A stretch of DNA of 64,000 nt from Nitrospirota bacterium (lineage in GTDB: Bacteria > Nitrospirota > UBA9217): contig CAWJQQ010000001.1 of assembly GCA_963845065.1 (NCBI GenBank), forward strand, positions 224,001-288,000, written 5' to 3'. Both the position numbers and the translations under genes were made by a program. The notes beneath the pieces are model-generated. The model was not told the DNA's origin, made no database searches, and worked only from the letters and a program-made list of their open reading frames with translations. Below, piece by piece: positions 26,895 through 36,989 of this stretch (positions are counted from its first letter, which is position 1; the number at the start of each line of letters is the position of its first letter).

Positions 26895-28808
26895 TTAGAG
26901 CCCAAGGCCTTTCCGGCGCTCATCAATTGCAGCCAAAAGTTTATCAGCCGCAGATGAGGGGTCCAAGTCAACAATGAAATGCCCGCCGGTAAGCCCCTTC
27001 ACTTTGTCAGTAAGGATTTCAGTGACCGCCGGGCTGCCGAGAACGGGCAGCATGACCCCGACATGTGTGGGCAGTCCAGCGGCTACTGCATATACGCCAA
27101 TGGATACAGCTTTTTCGGATACTGCCTCAGCTGCGGACGCAACAACGGGTAGTTTGTCGGTATCTACACCCAGGTAATTAGCAAGTGCGACGACGATTGC
27201 CACGGCGCGCGAGTTGTCGACGCAGGATCCCAGATGCAGTACCGGGGGAAGCGGCCCGCCTAGTCCGTTCGCTTCGCCTATGGCTGTAAGAACAGCCTTC
27301 AGTCCGTCTCCACATAAGCTGCCTACATTGGCCGGATCCATGAAGCCGTGTCTCATCAGCGCACCGGCACCACATCCCGTAGCGACGACAAGAACGTTTT
27401 CCTTGAGCAATTTCTCGGCCATTATCTTGAAGTTCCTATCCTGGGGCACTTTGACGTTATTGCATCCGGCAAACAGGCATACCCCCCTGATGTTGCCATT
27501 TTTGATATTATCGACGAGTGGCTTCAGCGGGTCTTTGGCATTGACTTTTGCAAGCGCTGCCACGATGGATTCTGTCGAGAAGCCTGCCACGACGGTACTT
27601 TCGACATCCGGGATGTCTACCGGTTTGCCTTTCCTCTTTTTGAAGACGGCAATGGCTGCCCTGACAGCCTCTTTGGCCTTTTCGGCAGCAGCCTCTTCTG
27701 TAAATTCGATGTGCTCGGCACCGGTAATCTTGCAGATGTCCATGGTCGTTATTACTTTTGAGCCCATACATTCGGCAACGGTTACGAGAGAAGGCATGAT
27801 GCATTGATAGTCAACGACGATCGCATCGAGGGCACCTGTCAGAAGGGCCATCTCCTGGCTTACCGAATGCGTACAGGAAGGAATGGCATGCCGTTCCAAG
27901 AGTTCATTTCCAGTACAGCATATACCCACAACATTTATGCCCTTGGCACCGGCAGCTACAGCTTCCTGCTTCATACTTTCGGCAACAGCTACGATCATTT
28001 CAGAAAGGACAGGGTTATGCCCATGGGCGGCGATATTGACCATGTCCGCTTTCAGCGTTCCCATATTAGCTTTTGATACTACGGGTGTGGGTGTTCCAAA
28101 CAGAATATCCGCAAGGTCGGTGCCCATATAACATCCGGCCAGGTCTGCAACGCCGCACCTGATACCGGCGAGAAGCAGATTCACCGCGTCGGCATCTACT
28201 CCGTACAGCGTACGATGCATGATCTCCGAGACCTCATGGTCTATGCCTTTCGGAACGGCTCCTATCGCAGAGAGGGCCTTTATGCGACCCTCGGTCACCA
28301 CTGTCGCTGCCCATTGTACAGGGGTCTCCTTCTCGGCAAAGTCAGCCAGGGCAGCAGATGCCACATCTCGCGCGATCTCCATATTGTCTCTTCCTTCAAC
28401 AGGAAGGCCAAGACGAACTGCGACTGACTTGAGCTTTCCGGGGTCTTTTATGTTGTAATCAGGTGCTTGGCCCTTGGCCATCTTCATCATGGTGTGTGCA
28501 AGGTGTTTGGCGTGCCCGGAGTGGGCGGCTGTGCCCGCGGCAATAGCCCTGTCCAGCCACCTGGCAACCATAACATCGGCAGTACAGCCACATATGCCCG
28601 TTCTTGGCTCGTCCCCGAAAGGATTTATCCTGCAAGGCCCCTGGAGGCAATTGCGGCAGCAAAGCCCCGTATCTCCATAGCCGCATTGAGGGTTCATGGC
28701 CTCGTACCTGTCCCATACCGTTGTTATCCCCTTCTCCTTCGCCTTCGCGATCATCTGCCGGACAGCAGGATCAAGGCTCTTGTTCTCAAGCGACTTGTCG
28801 GTTGACAT
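26895..28808 (-). CDS. cooS: Anaerobic Ni,Fe carbon monoxide dehydrogenase catalytic subunit
   Basis: CGYG..CCRNCLQGPC, HSGH, HGHNP, ICCTG, DYQC, GCNN, TGCG, GSCVD, SEKA: cluster ligands present. Confidence 0.96.
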   Translation of the reverse strand: MSTDKSLENKSLDPAVRQMIAKAKEKGITTVWDRYEAMNPQCGYGDTGLCCRNCLQGPCRINPFGDEPRTGICGCTADVMVARWLDRAIAAGTAAHSGHAKHLAHTMMKMAKGQAPDYNIKDPGKLKSVAVRLGLPVEGRDNMEIARDVASAALADFAEKETPVQWAATVVTEGRIKALSAIGAVPKGIDHEVSEIMHRTLYGVDADAVNLLLAGIRCGVADLAGCYMGTDLADILFGTPTPVVSKANMGTLKADMVNIAAHGHNPVLSEMIVAVAESMKQEAVAAGAKGINVVGICCTGNELLERHAIPSCTHSVSQEMALLTGALDAIVVDYQCIMPSLVTVAECMGSKVITTMDICKITGAEHIEFTEEAAAEKAKEAVRAAIAVFKKRKGKPVDIPDVESTVVAGFSTESIVAALAKVNAKDPLKPLVDNIKNGNIRGVCLFAGCNNVKVPQDRNFKIMAEKLLKENVLVVATGCGAGALMRHGFMDPANVGSLCGDGLKAVLTAIGEANGLGGPLPPVLHLGSCVDNSRAVAIVVALANYLGVDTDKLPVVASAAEAVSEKAVSIGVYAVAAGLPTHVGVMLPVLGSPAVTEILTDKVKGLTGGHFIVDLDPSSAADKLLAAIDERRKGLGL

Positions 28809-29088
28809 GACGGCCCCCTTTTTGTTTGTCAGACATATTTGGCATTAACAATGCTTTTAGTTTCGGGATATTGGTATAAAAAGAAGTGTGATAGAAGAGA
28901 GTAGAATCTAGTAGTTTATATCTGAAACGAGCCATAGTGTGATCATATCAAGCAAAAAGGCGGATGTCAAACATGAAAGACCTGACTCGAAGATGTTTTC
29001 CGGGCCAATCGCACGAAGGTCAGGATCTGAAAGAAGAACTTGCCCTATATTCTCGATAGAACGAAGCCGAAATATAAAAACTGCAGGT

Positions 29089-29132
29089 TCATAACCCGAA
29101 GATCGTCGGTTCAAATACGGCCCCCGCTACCA
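29089..29132 (+). other. tRNA-fMet 3' fragment 2, followed by hairpin
   Basis: TCATAACCCGAAGATCGTCGGTTCAAATACGGCCCCCGCTACCA then GGGGTTACAG..CTGTAGCCCC. Confidence 0.8.
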
Positions 29133-29298
29133 AATAATTCATGGGGTTACAGCTTATACTGTAGCCCCACTTTTTGTTAACAGGACAGTATTAGGACAGT
29201 TACAGGATAGTTGACTGAAACTTTATGTATAGGATCTGCACATGGAGTAGTCTTCGCAAGACGAAGTTAGGATGAACAGACGAGAAAGGGAGGTAGCA

Positions 29299-29448
29299 AT
29301 GTATAGGCATGGGGTAGTTTCAGGCATAACATTCGGTTCAGCTCTGGCAATAACGATATCATGGAGTCTAAACAAATCGCTTCTCTGGGCGATCATACAT
29401 GGAATCTTTTCCTGGCTGTACATGATTTATTATTTAATTGTGCGCTAA
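29299..29448 (+). CDS. 49-aa membrane protein (below ORF-track cut-off)
   Basis: GGAGG RBS; MYRHGVVSGITFGSALAITISWSLNKSLLWAIIHGIFSWLYMIYYLIVR. Confidence 0.7.
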   Translation: MYRHGVVSGITFGSALAITISWSLNKSLLWAIIHGIFSWLYMIYYLIVR

Positions 29449-29599
29449 TGATAAACAGGAAGACAAACGGTAGATGAGCCATAGCGAGCATGATATGGCT
29501 GTCCATTGTAGAGGGGATGGAGTCACAGTTACAAGTTGAATGTCGTAGCAGTTGAAACTATGTTTGCTGTGTGGACAAGTAAGATTGGTCATTTAAGCG

Positions 29600-29899
29600 T
29601 TACTTCAATTTTCCCCAGGCATCGTTAATGGAATTTCGGAGCGAAGCAGCCGCGTTCTTGATTGGCTCCTCACTCTTCTTGAAACTATCGTAGATTCGGT
29701 TCACCTCTGCTCTGAGATTGCTTTTCTGCTTCTCCCTGTCATCCGTTTTTATCTGCTTCTCCGTGACCTTCTTTTCCTTTTTCTCTTTTTTCTTCTCTTT
29801 CTGCTGCGCCATTGAGTTTCGCACAAGGACTGCCTGCGGAGCACCGAACAGTGCCGCCGCGATAACACAACTTAACGCTATGACCGCCGCTTTTCGCAT
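29600..29899 (-). CDS. Small Lys-rich exported hypothetical protein
   Basis: GAGGA RBS, hydrophobic leader, KEKKKEKKEKK. Confidence 0.55.
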   Translation of the reverse strand: MRKAAVIALSCVIAAALFGAPQAVLVRNSMAQQKEKKKEKKEKKVTEKQIKTDDREKQKSNLRAEVNRIYDSFKKSEEPIKNAAASLRNSINDAWGKLK

Positions 29900-30107
29900 C
29901 AGCTCTTCCTCCTCAAAAAGCTTCAACAATACTATTTGAAATATGTAGCCGAGCACATCACAGGCGTAATAAACAGGAAGAAAACCGCTATGCATGCTTG
30001 AAACACGATTTTACACATTTTCAAAAATAAAGTCTATCTCAAGAACACCTACAAGGTTGTAATAGCATTGACTAAAAATCAACGCTGAATTCTATATGAA
30101 AATTGTA

Positions 30108-30165
30108 CAGGAACGCGTGGGTGAGCCGCGTGCTTTTCGCAGCGGACTCGACGCGCAAGTTAATA
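30108..30165 (-). mobile_element. attC-like site
   Basis: AACGCGT..GTGAGCCGC..GCGG.CTCGACGCG..GTT imperfect palindrome with one unpaired G. Confidence 0.55.
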
Positions 30166-30356
30166 CTGTCTACTGGGACAGTCACTTAATTTTATATTTC
30201 ACTACCGAGGCGGCAATAAGTGTTAAAACGACACCAGATCCTATTAAGATATACCCGAACCAATACAAATAATGCATCATCGGTTTCATGCTTTTTGTGC
30301 CGAAAGACATTAATATGCCTGACCTGATTACGGATACTAAATTATTGTTAGACTCA

Positions 30357-31031
30357 CTAATGTCTGAACCATTTATTCAATTCCTTCACCACCTGCCCGA
30401 AGGTTTCCTCAAGCAAATAAATATCGTTGTGCAGCGCCTGATGAATCTCTAAAACATGAATACCTTTTGTCTTCAGTTCCTTGCATGAATGTATTATTTC
30501 CGGAAGATCACGGGAACCAAACAGTATCAGTGTCCGCGTATTATGGATGGGTTGCGGGATGGTAAGTTTCTCGAGAACTTCAAAGATCACTCCGGAATGG
30601 GACTCATGTACTCGATAGCTCCTCATAGTGTTAATTTTTCGTTGTGTTTCCGTGCTATACGTGGCACTAAGGGCGGGTGATATTCCGATGGCGAAATCCG
30701 CTGAGCTTATCAGGCAGAGACGACCGCTAGAAGAATGACCAATGGCAACAACCTTGCCAAAAATGCGACAGTACTCGACGGCGTGCTCGACGTCTTGCAA
30801 GACATTCTCGTCTAATTGTAACTTATGTTCACCATGCCCCCGAAGGTCAATAACGCAAGCTGTCACGCCGATCTCGGCAACGCGCCACGCCAAACCAAGT
30901 TGCTCCTCTTTACAGCCTCCATAACTATGGACTACGACTGCTGCTCCATGGGAAACTGGCGGCGTCAATATGAGATAAGGGATGCCGAATCCATCAGCCT
31001 TAATAACCTCTCGTTTGATGTTCATGGTCAT
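30357..31031 (-). CDS. Alpha/beta hydrolase-fold protein
   Basis: HSYGGCKE, DLRGHGE, GHSSSG nucleophile elbow. Confidence 0.8.
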   Translation of the reverse strand: MTMNIKREVIKADGFGIPYLILTPPVSHGAAVVVHSYGGCKEEQLGLAWRVAEIGVTACVIDLRGHGEHKLQLDENVLQDVEHAVEYCRIFGKVVAIGHSSSGRLCLISSADFAIGISPALSATYSTETQRKINTMRSYRVHESHSGVIFEVLEKLTIPQPIHNTRTLILFGSRDLPEIIHSCKELKTKGIHVLEIHQALHNDIYLLEETFGQVVKELNKWFRH

Positions 31032-31084
31032 TCCTCCATTCCTATACCGGCTAGTTGTTACAGGGACGGAAGCCGCCCGATAAG

Positions 31085-31181
31085 GCATAACGCTAAGTTA
31101 ACCTACGAGGCGTATAAGGAGCGAGTCTTGCGAATGCAAAAGTCGTGACATAGCCGAGTCAGGTTGAACTTGATGTTAGGT
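31085..31181 (-). mobile_element. Integron attC site
   Basis: Minus strand ACCTAAC...GTTATGC with inner boxes GTTCAACCT/AGGTTAAC and one extrahelical base; upstream frame stops in the TAA of ACCTAAC. Confidence 0.7.
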
Positions 31182-31284
31182 GTCTGGGATTCTCCTAATA
31201 AGCGCAACGGTGTTTCTATCTAGTCTCTAATCTCGAAGTTCAAAAGAAGCTACTTCATCGCCTTTTTCATCCAATTGATAGATT

Positions 31285-31330
31285 TGATAGCGGGGGCCGG
31301 ATTTGGACCGAAGACATTCGGGTTATGAGC
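31285..31330 (-). other. tRNA-fMet 3' fragment 3
   Basis: Reverse complement GCTCATAACCCGAATGTCTTCGGTCCAAATCCGGCCCCCGCTATCA. Confidence 0.75.
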
Positions 31331-31473
31331 ATAGTGTGCCATTGAAATACCATCCATTTAATCGATATACTATAAAGCATATTCAAAGCCTCATCGTAAA
31401 TTAGCATTATTTAAGTCCATTCCAAACTTTGATGAGCAATTGAGAAACAAGTCGACATAGTTTTCTGATTCAA

Positions 31474-32412
31474 TCAGCGAGCCCTTTTCCCTTTTTTCAT
31501 AATCTGCATGGCATGTTTTTTCTTTATTACCTTTGTCATTGAAATCGATTTCTCTTTATTGCCAGGTGTCTTTCTTTTCTTTCGTTCAGATATATTTCTC
31601 TTCGCCCTCACGTTGTTTATTGCTGTTTTCACGTGCGCTTTTTTTTTCACAGGTCTTGCAGCGACAGCGTTACTCATCGGCTCTTCAAAATTCGTCATCT
31701 CTATGCCAAACAGAGCGGACAAGTCCGCATCATCGATAATTCGTGAACTCTTTTTCGCAGCTTTTTCGAGTAGGTTTTCAGCTTTGGCCGAAGCGGTACG
31801 GGTAATAAGATCGGCCATGCCAATGTCGCGGAGCGTGAAAAAGAGGGTTGCGTCCTTATCGAGACGCGCGCCGACAGCATACAGCGTTGCCGCCACATGC
31901 TTGCACATGCTCGCCCAGTCAGGACAGGTACACTCGAATGCAATTTCCTTTGGCGTCGGGAAGAGACCGCCGTCGCGCTGTAAAAACAATGATCCGAGCT
32001 CTTTTGGAAAATCTCCTGCAAGAAGTTCCGTTACCGAATCGAGCATCCCGGAACATGAGGACGTTATCTGTTGCCAAGTATTTTTGCCAAGTTTCCGGAT
32101 TTTAACCAGGACCTCATAGGGTTTGGATCTCGAACCCTGCACGAGCGCCTTGATCTCGCCGGCGTTCACCTGAAGGTCCAGAACGGCACCGTGGCGGACA
32201 TAACTGCGTCCCCTTCCGATGCGGTTGCTGTAATCCGCGTAGCGCTCCAAATTCTGGTTCCATGATTTACCCCACCACGTGCGCGCAAGAGAGCTGCCCT
32301 GAATAATAACAGGACTCACGTCCCGCTTTTTCTTCAGCTGTTCAAGTTTCTTAGCCGCCCTCGCCTGTTTCTCGGCTTTAGGCACATATCGAGGATAATC
32401 CCAAAAGCTCAT
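31474..32412 (-). CDS. SWIM zinc-finger protein
   Basis: TWWGKSW, NRIGRGRSY, CTCPD..MCKH. Confidence 0.9.
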   Translation of the reverse strand: MSFWDYPRYVPKAEKQARAAKKLEQLKKKRDVSPVIIQGSSLARTWWGKSWNQNLERYADYSNRIGRGRSYVRHGAVLDLQVNAGEIKALVQGSRSKPYEVLVKIRKLGKNTWQQITSSCSGMLDSVTELLAGDFPKELGSLFLQRDGGLFPTPKEIAFECTCPDWASMCKHVAATLYAVGARLDKDATLFFTLRDIGMADLITRTASAKAENLLEKAAKKSSRIIDDADLSALFGIEMTNFEEPMSNAVAARPVKKKAHVKTAINNVRAKRNISERKKRKTPGNKEKSISMTKVIKKKHAMQIMKKGKRAR

Positions 32413-32434
32413 TGCAATTCCTTTCGTAATACCA

Positions 32435-35101
32435 TCACAGCATCAAGGTAAACATATTCATCAGTTCATCATTATCCATTTCCGTGATCCATGCCTCGCT
32501 GCCGGCTTGAACTACCTCATTAGACAGTTTCATCTTTCCCTCGAGCATCTGGTCTATCTTCTCCTCGACCGTACCCTTCGTTATAAACTTGTGCACGACA
32601 ACGTTTTTTTTCTGGCCGATTCGGAAAGCCCTATCCGTGGCCTGATTCTCAACCGCCGGGTTCCACCAGCGGTCGAAATGAACAACATGATTTGCGGCAG
32701 TCAGATTGAGTCCAACTCCGCCGGCCTTTAGCGACAGAACCATGAAGGGTACGTACTCTTCATCCTGGAACCTGGCCACGATTTCCTTTCTCATGCCAAC
32801 CGGTGTGCCGCCGTGAAGAACGAGGCCCTCGTGTCTGAACAACGTGCGTAAGAAGCCGGCAAGAGGTTCAGTCATCTCCCGAAACTGTGTGAAAACGAGA
32901 GCCCGTTCCCGCTTCTCATAGATGGTCTCGCAGATTTCCCGTAGCCTGCTAAACTTGCCGCTTTCTTTTTCGTCAAAAGAACCCGTCCCCAGGTATTGGT
33001 CCGGATGATTGCATATCTGCTTGAATTTCATGAGCGAACTCAGGATAACCCCTTTCCGTTGAATTCCTTCGACATTTTCAACAGACCTGCGAAGGTCGTC
33101 CACCAGTTTCTGGTACAAAACAGCCTGTTTTTTTTCTAGGTACGACCAGGTCTTCATCTCAACTTTTTCCGGCAAATCGGAAATAACAGACTTATCGGTC
33201 TTTAGCCTCCGAAGGATATAGGGAGCGATGACTTTTCTGAGACGTGCATATCCTTCGGGGTTCTCATTCAAATTTTTGGCAAATCGGTTGAACTCCTGGC
33301 TGCTGCCGAGGAGCCCCGGGTTGATGAAATCAAAGATCGACCAAAGGTCCGATAACCGGTTTTCGACCGGCGTCCCGGTCATGACGATCTTGTTTACTGC
33401 TATCAGTTTTTTAACCGCTTTTGTCTGTTTCGTCCACGGATTCTTGATGGCCTGAGCCTCATCGAGGATCACGTACTGCCATTCGTATGTTTGTAACAAT
33501 TCGCGTTTCTGTACGAGCGAATATGTCGTGATCACGAGATCTAGTCTGTCTATCTCTTTCTTTTCTTTCGGCATCTCGCCGGTACCATCGTTACCCGAGG
33601 GATGAGCAATGGCGAATGACAGGTCGGGCGTGAATTTCCCGATCTCAGCAGCCCAGTTCGAAAGTAAAGACGCAGGAACCACAAGCAGGCTGGCCCCTTT
33701 TTCACCGTTCGATTTCAAACTCCGCAGCATCGCCAAAACCTGCACTGTCTTACCGAGCCCCATATCATCGGCAAGGCACATGCCGAATCTGAGGGAATGG
33801 AGAAACGAGAGCCAAGCCACTCCTCTCTGCTGATAGGGCCGCAATTTTGCTTTAAAGAATGTGTCCATCCGCACTGGCGCTATGGCTTCTGGGTGGAGCA
33901 TGCGAACCATAACAGACTCCATCCATTGTCCGTTTGTGACGACCACGCTTGAATCATTATCAGGAAGGTCCAGAATGCTCTTCGGATTTAGTTCGAACCG
34001 CAGTGCGTCTCGGAAACTCAACCCTCCCCGACGAGCGAGTGAGCTTGCATTTTCATAGGCTTCGAGGGTCTGACTCAGCTTTTCATGGTCAACTGCGACC
34101 CAGCGGTTCTTGATCAAGGCAAGCCCTTCGGACGCATCAATGAGCCGTTTGGCCTCTTCATAGGATATCCGCTCACCCGAAAGATGCAGTTCTATGTCAA
34201 AATCTAGCACAGCATCCATGCCAACGGCTGAGGGTTGGCGGCCTCCCAGAGATATATTGACCTGCAAACTTGATGCACCGCGCTTCCACCAATCGGGAAT
34301 GCGGCACAATATTCCGGACTGTTCGTAGATCGGAATCTCCCGGAGAAAGGTGTATGCTTCCTTCGCCGACCAGGCGAGAGGATGGAACAGCTCACCGCTC
34401 TCAATCAGCCGCGACACCAAGGCGCTTTCTTTCGCAGCACGATGCACCGTTACGAGTAGATCAAGAAGCTTTTTCCCGTCTTTGCCGTATTGCTGCAGGG
34501 CTTGCCTCAGAGGAAGATGCTGCGTTTTGCCCTGTCTGTTCAGTCCTGGTGAGTATGTGGCGAGAAAAGCAAAAGGGTAATCATCCTTGTTGCTCTCAAC
34601 GAGGTGGAAGAATACTCGACCGATGAGATGAGTATCGGGACTGTATGCTCGAATAAATTCCTCGACGCTCTCTTCTGACTGTTGGATCTCTCTGTCGAAT
34701 TCGGCATGAAGCCGCTGCCAAAGGTCATTGATAACGACCCTGGTCAAATACTCAGCGCCGGTCATCAGCGGTGCTGATGCAAGGAGATGGATTAATTCGT
34801 CTTCGCTAATTTCGACAATAACCTTATGACGAAGGATTTCTAGATCGGGAGTCTGAGAGAGTTTCCTGGCGAAGAGTCCGCATACATTACGCCAGTAATC
34901 GAGGGAAGGAGAAAGAGGAACTGATTTATTACAGAATCCGAGAAACAGAAATGCGCCGTCGGGTCCATCGGTGAACCGCCGAAATATTTCCTGCTGAAGA
35001 AGCTCCTGGTCCTTATTAACCTTTTCCTGGGCCTCTGCCCATTCCAGCCGGATAGCTCCGCGCGGCAGGATGACTGATAACAATTCCTGGTTCAGGTTCA
35101 T
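32435..35101 (-). CDS. SNF2-family helicase/ATPase
   Basis: LADDMGLGKT, DEAQ, TGTPVEN, GGVGLNL, WWNPAVENQATDRAFRIGQ. Confidence 0.95.
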   Translation of the reverse strand: MNLNQELLSVILPRGAIRLEWAEAQEKVNKDQELLQQEIFRRFTDGPDGAFLFLGFCNKSVPLSPSLDYWRNVCGLFARKLSQTPDLEILRHKVIVEISEDELIHLLASAPLMTGAEYLTRVVINDLWQRLHAEFDREIQQSEESVEEFIRAYSPDTHLIGRVFFHLVESNKDDYPFAFLATYSPGLNRQGKTQHLPLRQALQQYGKDGKKLLDLLVTVHRAAKESALVSRLIESGELFHPLAWSAKEAYTFLREIPIYEQSGILCRIPDWWKRGASSLQVNISLGGRQPSAVGMDAVLDFDIELHLSGERISYEEAKRLIDASEGLALIKNRWVAVDHEKLSQTLEAYENASSLARRGGLSFRDALRFELNPKSILDLPDNDSSVVVTNGQWMESVMVRMLHPEAIAPVRMDTFFKAKLRPYQQRGVAWLSFLHSLRFGMCLADDMGLGKTVQVLAMLRSLKSNGEKGASLLVVPASLLSNWAAEIGKFTPDLSFAIAHPSGNDGTGEMPKEKKEIDRLDLVITTYSLVQKRELLQTYEWQYVILDEAQAIKNPWTKQTKAVKKLIAVNKIVMTGTPVENRLSDLWSIFDFINPGLLGSSQEFNRFAKNLNENPEGYARLRKVIAPYILRRLKTDKSVISDLPEKVEMKTWSYLEKKQAVLYQKLVDDLRRSVENVEGIQRKGVILSSLMKFKQICNHPDQYLGTGSFDEKESGKFSRLREICETIYEKRERALVFTQFREMTEPLAGFLRTLFRHEGLVLHGGTPVGMRKEIVARFQDEEYVPFMVLSLKAGGVGLNLTAANHVVHFDRWWNPAVENQATDRAFRIGQKKNVVVHKFITKGTVEEKIDQMLEGKMKLSNEVVQAGSEAWITEMDNDELMNMFTLML

Positions 35102-35103
35102 TT

Positions 35104-35514
35104 TTATTCTTCCAATTCAGTTTGTATGCCTTCAATTTCATCCAAAAAAGCAAGCAAGTCAATCATTCTGGCGGAATCGACAAGTTTGTCCAGCGGAAGA
35201 TGCTTGTGATGTGGATAGATCTTTAGTTGGCGTTCACGCGGACCAGGGGAATTGTCATAACGGAAAATGATAGCACTGCCCCGAAGATAATTGTATCCAT
35301 TAATGTATTTATCTACTACAAGGCCTTTACTCTCGACAAACTCCTTGAAATCAAGTACTGTCCCATTCCTGAATTCTTTAGTTCCCGAGAGAAAGGCGAT
35401 ATCACGAGTTTTTCTTTCGATAGTGAATGAATTAGAAGAGACGAAGGGATTTGATGAGATGATAGTTTCAAAATCCACGATATAACTATCGATACTCAAA
35501 GCTAATCTCCTCAA
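35104..35514 (-). CDS. DUF6516/TumE-like toxin-family protein
   Basis: GTVLDFKEF, Y.YNY, FRYDNS, YPHHKH. Confidence 0.65.
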   Translation of the reverse strand: MRRLALSIDSYIVDFETIISSNPFVSSNSFTIERKTRDIAFLSGTKEFRNGTVLDFKEFVESKGLVVDKYINGYNYLRGSAIIFRYDNSPGPRERQLKIYPHHKHLPLDKLVDSARMIDLLAFLDEIEGIQTELEE

Positions 35515-35761
35515 GCGATTTCAGCCTGCCCTGAATCGGCCGCAGTGATTCAGCTTCACCCTTCCACTCAATGAGGATCATATCGTCTACTGTGCCATAG
35601 AGTTTCTTTCGTTCGAGAGAGCCATATTTTGCTTCAAAACCCTTTATTTTGTTTTCGATCTTTTAGACTGTTTTTCTGAGCAGGTGAATTTCCGTATCAA
35701 TCGCGAATTTAATTTTTTCTCGAGCACATGCGTCGTCGGTTTCGATAATCAGCTTTGTCAT
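35486..35761 (-). pseudogene. Putative antitoxin partner with premature TAA
   Basis: MTKLIIETDD..LLRKTV*KIENKIKGFEAKYG..DDMILIEW..LEEISFEYR; overlaps the toxin start. Confidence 0.6.
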
Positions 35762-36068
35762 GATCTTTTCCCTCTAATTCGATTCTACCTAAATTAAATA
35801 ATGAAATCAATCACTGATTGACGGAGTGACTACTTCATTACGAAAACGGAATCACCCCTAAGGGGTTCAATCTCCACTTATTTGACGCAACAGCGTAATT
35901 TACTTCGGGCCCGTCACTTTAAGTTAGGTTATATCCCCTCTTCCCTGTCCTAACAATTCAACGTCTTATATTGCATAAATGTTTTTTTTATTCTGCAGTA
36001 CACAAACAGGACGTTAGAAAGGTTAGAAAAAAAGGGCTACAGCGAATGCTATAACCCCATGAATTGTT

Positions 36069-36108
36069 TGGTAGCGGTGGCCGGATTAGAACCGACGACC
36101 TTCGGGTT
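36069..36108 (-). other. tRNA-fMet 3' fragment 4
   Basis: Reverse complement AACCCGAAGGTCGTCGGTTCTAATCCGGCCACCGCTACCA, followed by the same hairpin as fragment 2. Confidence 0.8.
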
Positions 36109-36499
36109 TGTCACCCCAAGGGCTAAAAATAGTTTTTTTCCCCGACCCATCAAATCAAGGAGTTAGAGCACATAAAAAAGCGCTATTGTTTCGACAGGAC
36201 AGTATCAGGACAGATTCTGGGTCGATGTGGGATGGGACTTATGATCTTAGGAGTTAGCAGGGACTGTGTCGAGTGACCCGGGCCAAGCTATAAAGAGGCG
36301 CGTGTTTGCTTCACCTGCTACTGTGGAATGCCAATATTATGGCGACGTCTCGGAATACTAATATGAACTCACGCGAATAGATCCAAGTGGATTGGGGCGA
36401 TGCTCGTTTGAGCGGAGCAGGATTTTCTGACGAGGAACAAGGCGATGGGGATTGGGGATACTTCTCGAGCTGGGAGTAAAACCGCTTTCCGGCATCCAT

Positions 36500-36765
36500 T
36501 TGGCATCGGCGAGTATATCCCCGCTTCCTGCAAACGAAAAGAGAACAGCGCCTCCCGGTCAGTCATATGACCACTCCCTCCTCAGCAATAACCCGTACGA
36601 TCTGCGAGACCTTGAGCGGTGAATTTTCTAGTACGTCCTACGTAAAGATAAGCGGTGTGATGACCGTATAGTTCTGGTAACCCACCTCTCATGCGGCTTC
36701 GGAAATTGCATCGTGGAGTGCAGCATTGATTACTTCGACTTCGATAAATATTTCGAGATCGGAAT
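36500..36765 (-). pseudogene. MNT-HEPN toxin-antitoxin remnant
   Basis: YSDLEIFIEV.. with stops, then MTDREALFSFRLQEA. Confidence 0.6.
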
Positions 36766-36770
36766 ACTAA

Positions 36771-36989
36771 ATCGCGGTAGGAACGTCCGTTGCCAGACGC
36801 CCCCGCACGGATCCGTGCTAGAAGCATTACTTCACACGGCTCACTTGCGTTGAAGCCTGATACCTCCCGCCTCCCGGCTTCAGGCAGATCGTTACCTCAC
36901 TGCATGCAGGATTTGGTACTGGGCTGGTGGCTGACCTTTGCCCAGGCCGGACTTACACCGGCTAGAATAGATAAGCCTGCTTGGCGCAC
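36771..36989 (-). mobile_element. Internally deleted group II intron (219 nt, no ORF)
   Basis: 5' GTGCG; domain V GAGCCGTGTG..GCACGGATC; domain VI ending CCTACCGCGAT. Confidence 0.75.
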
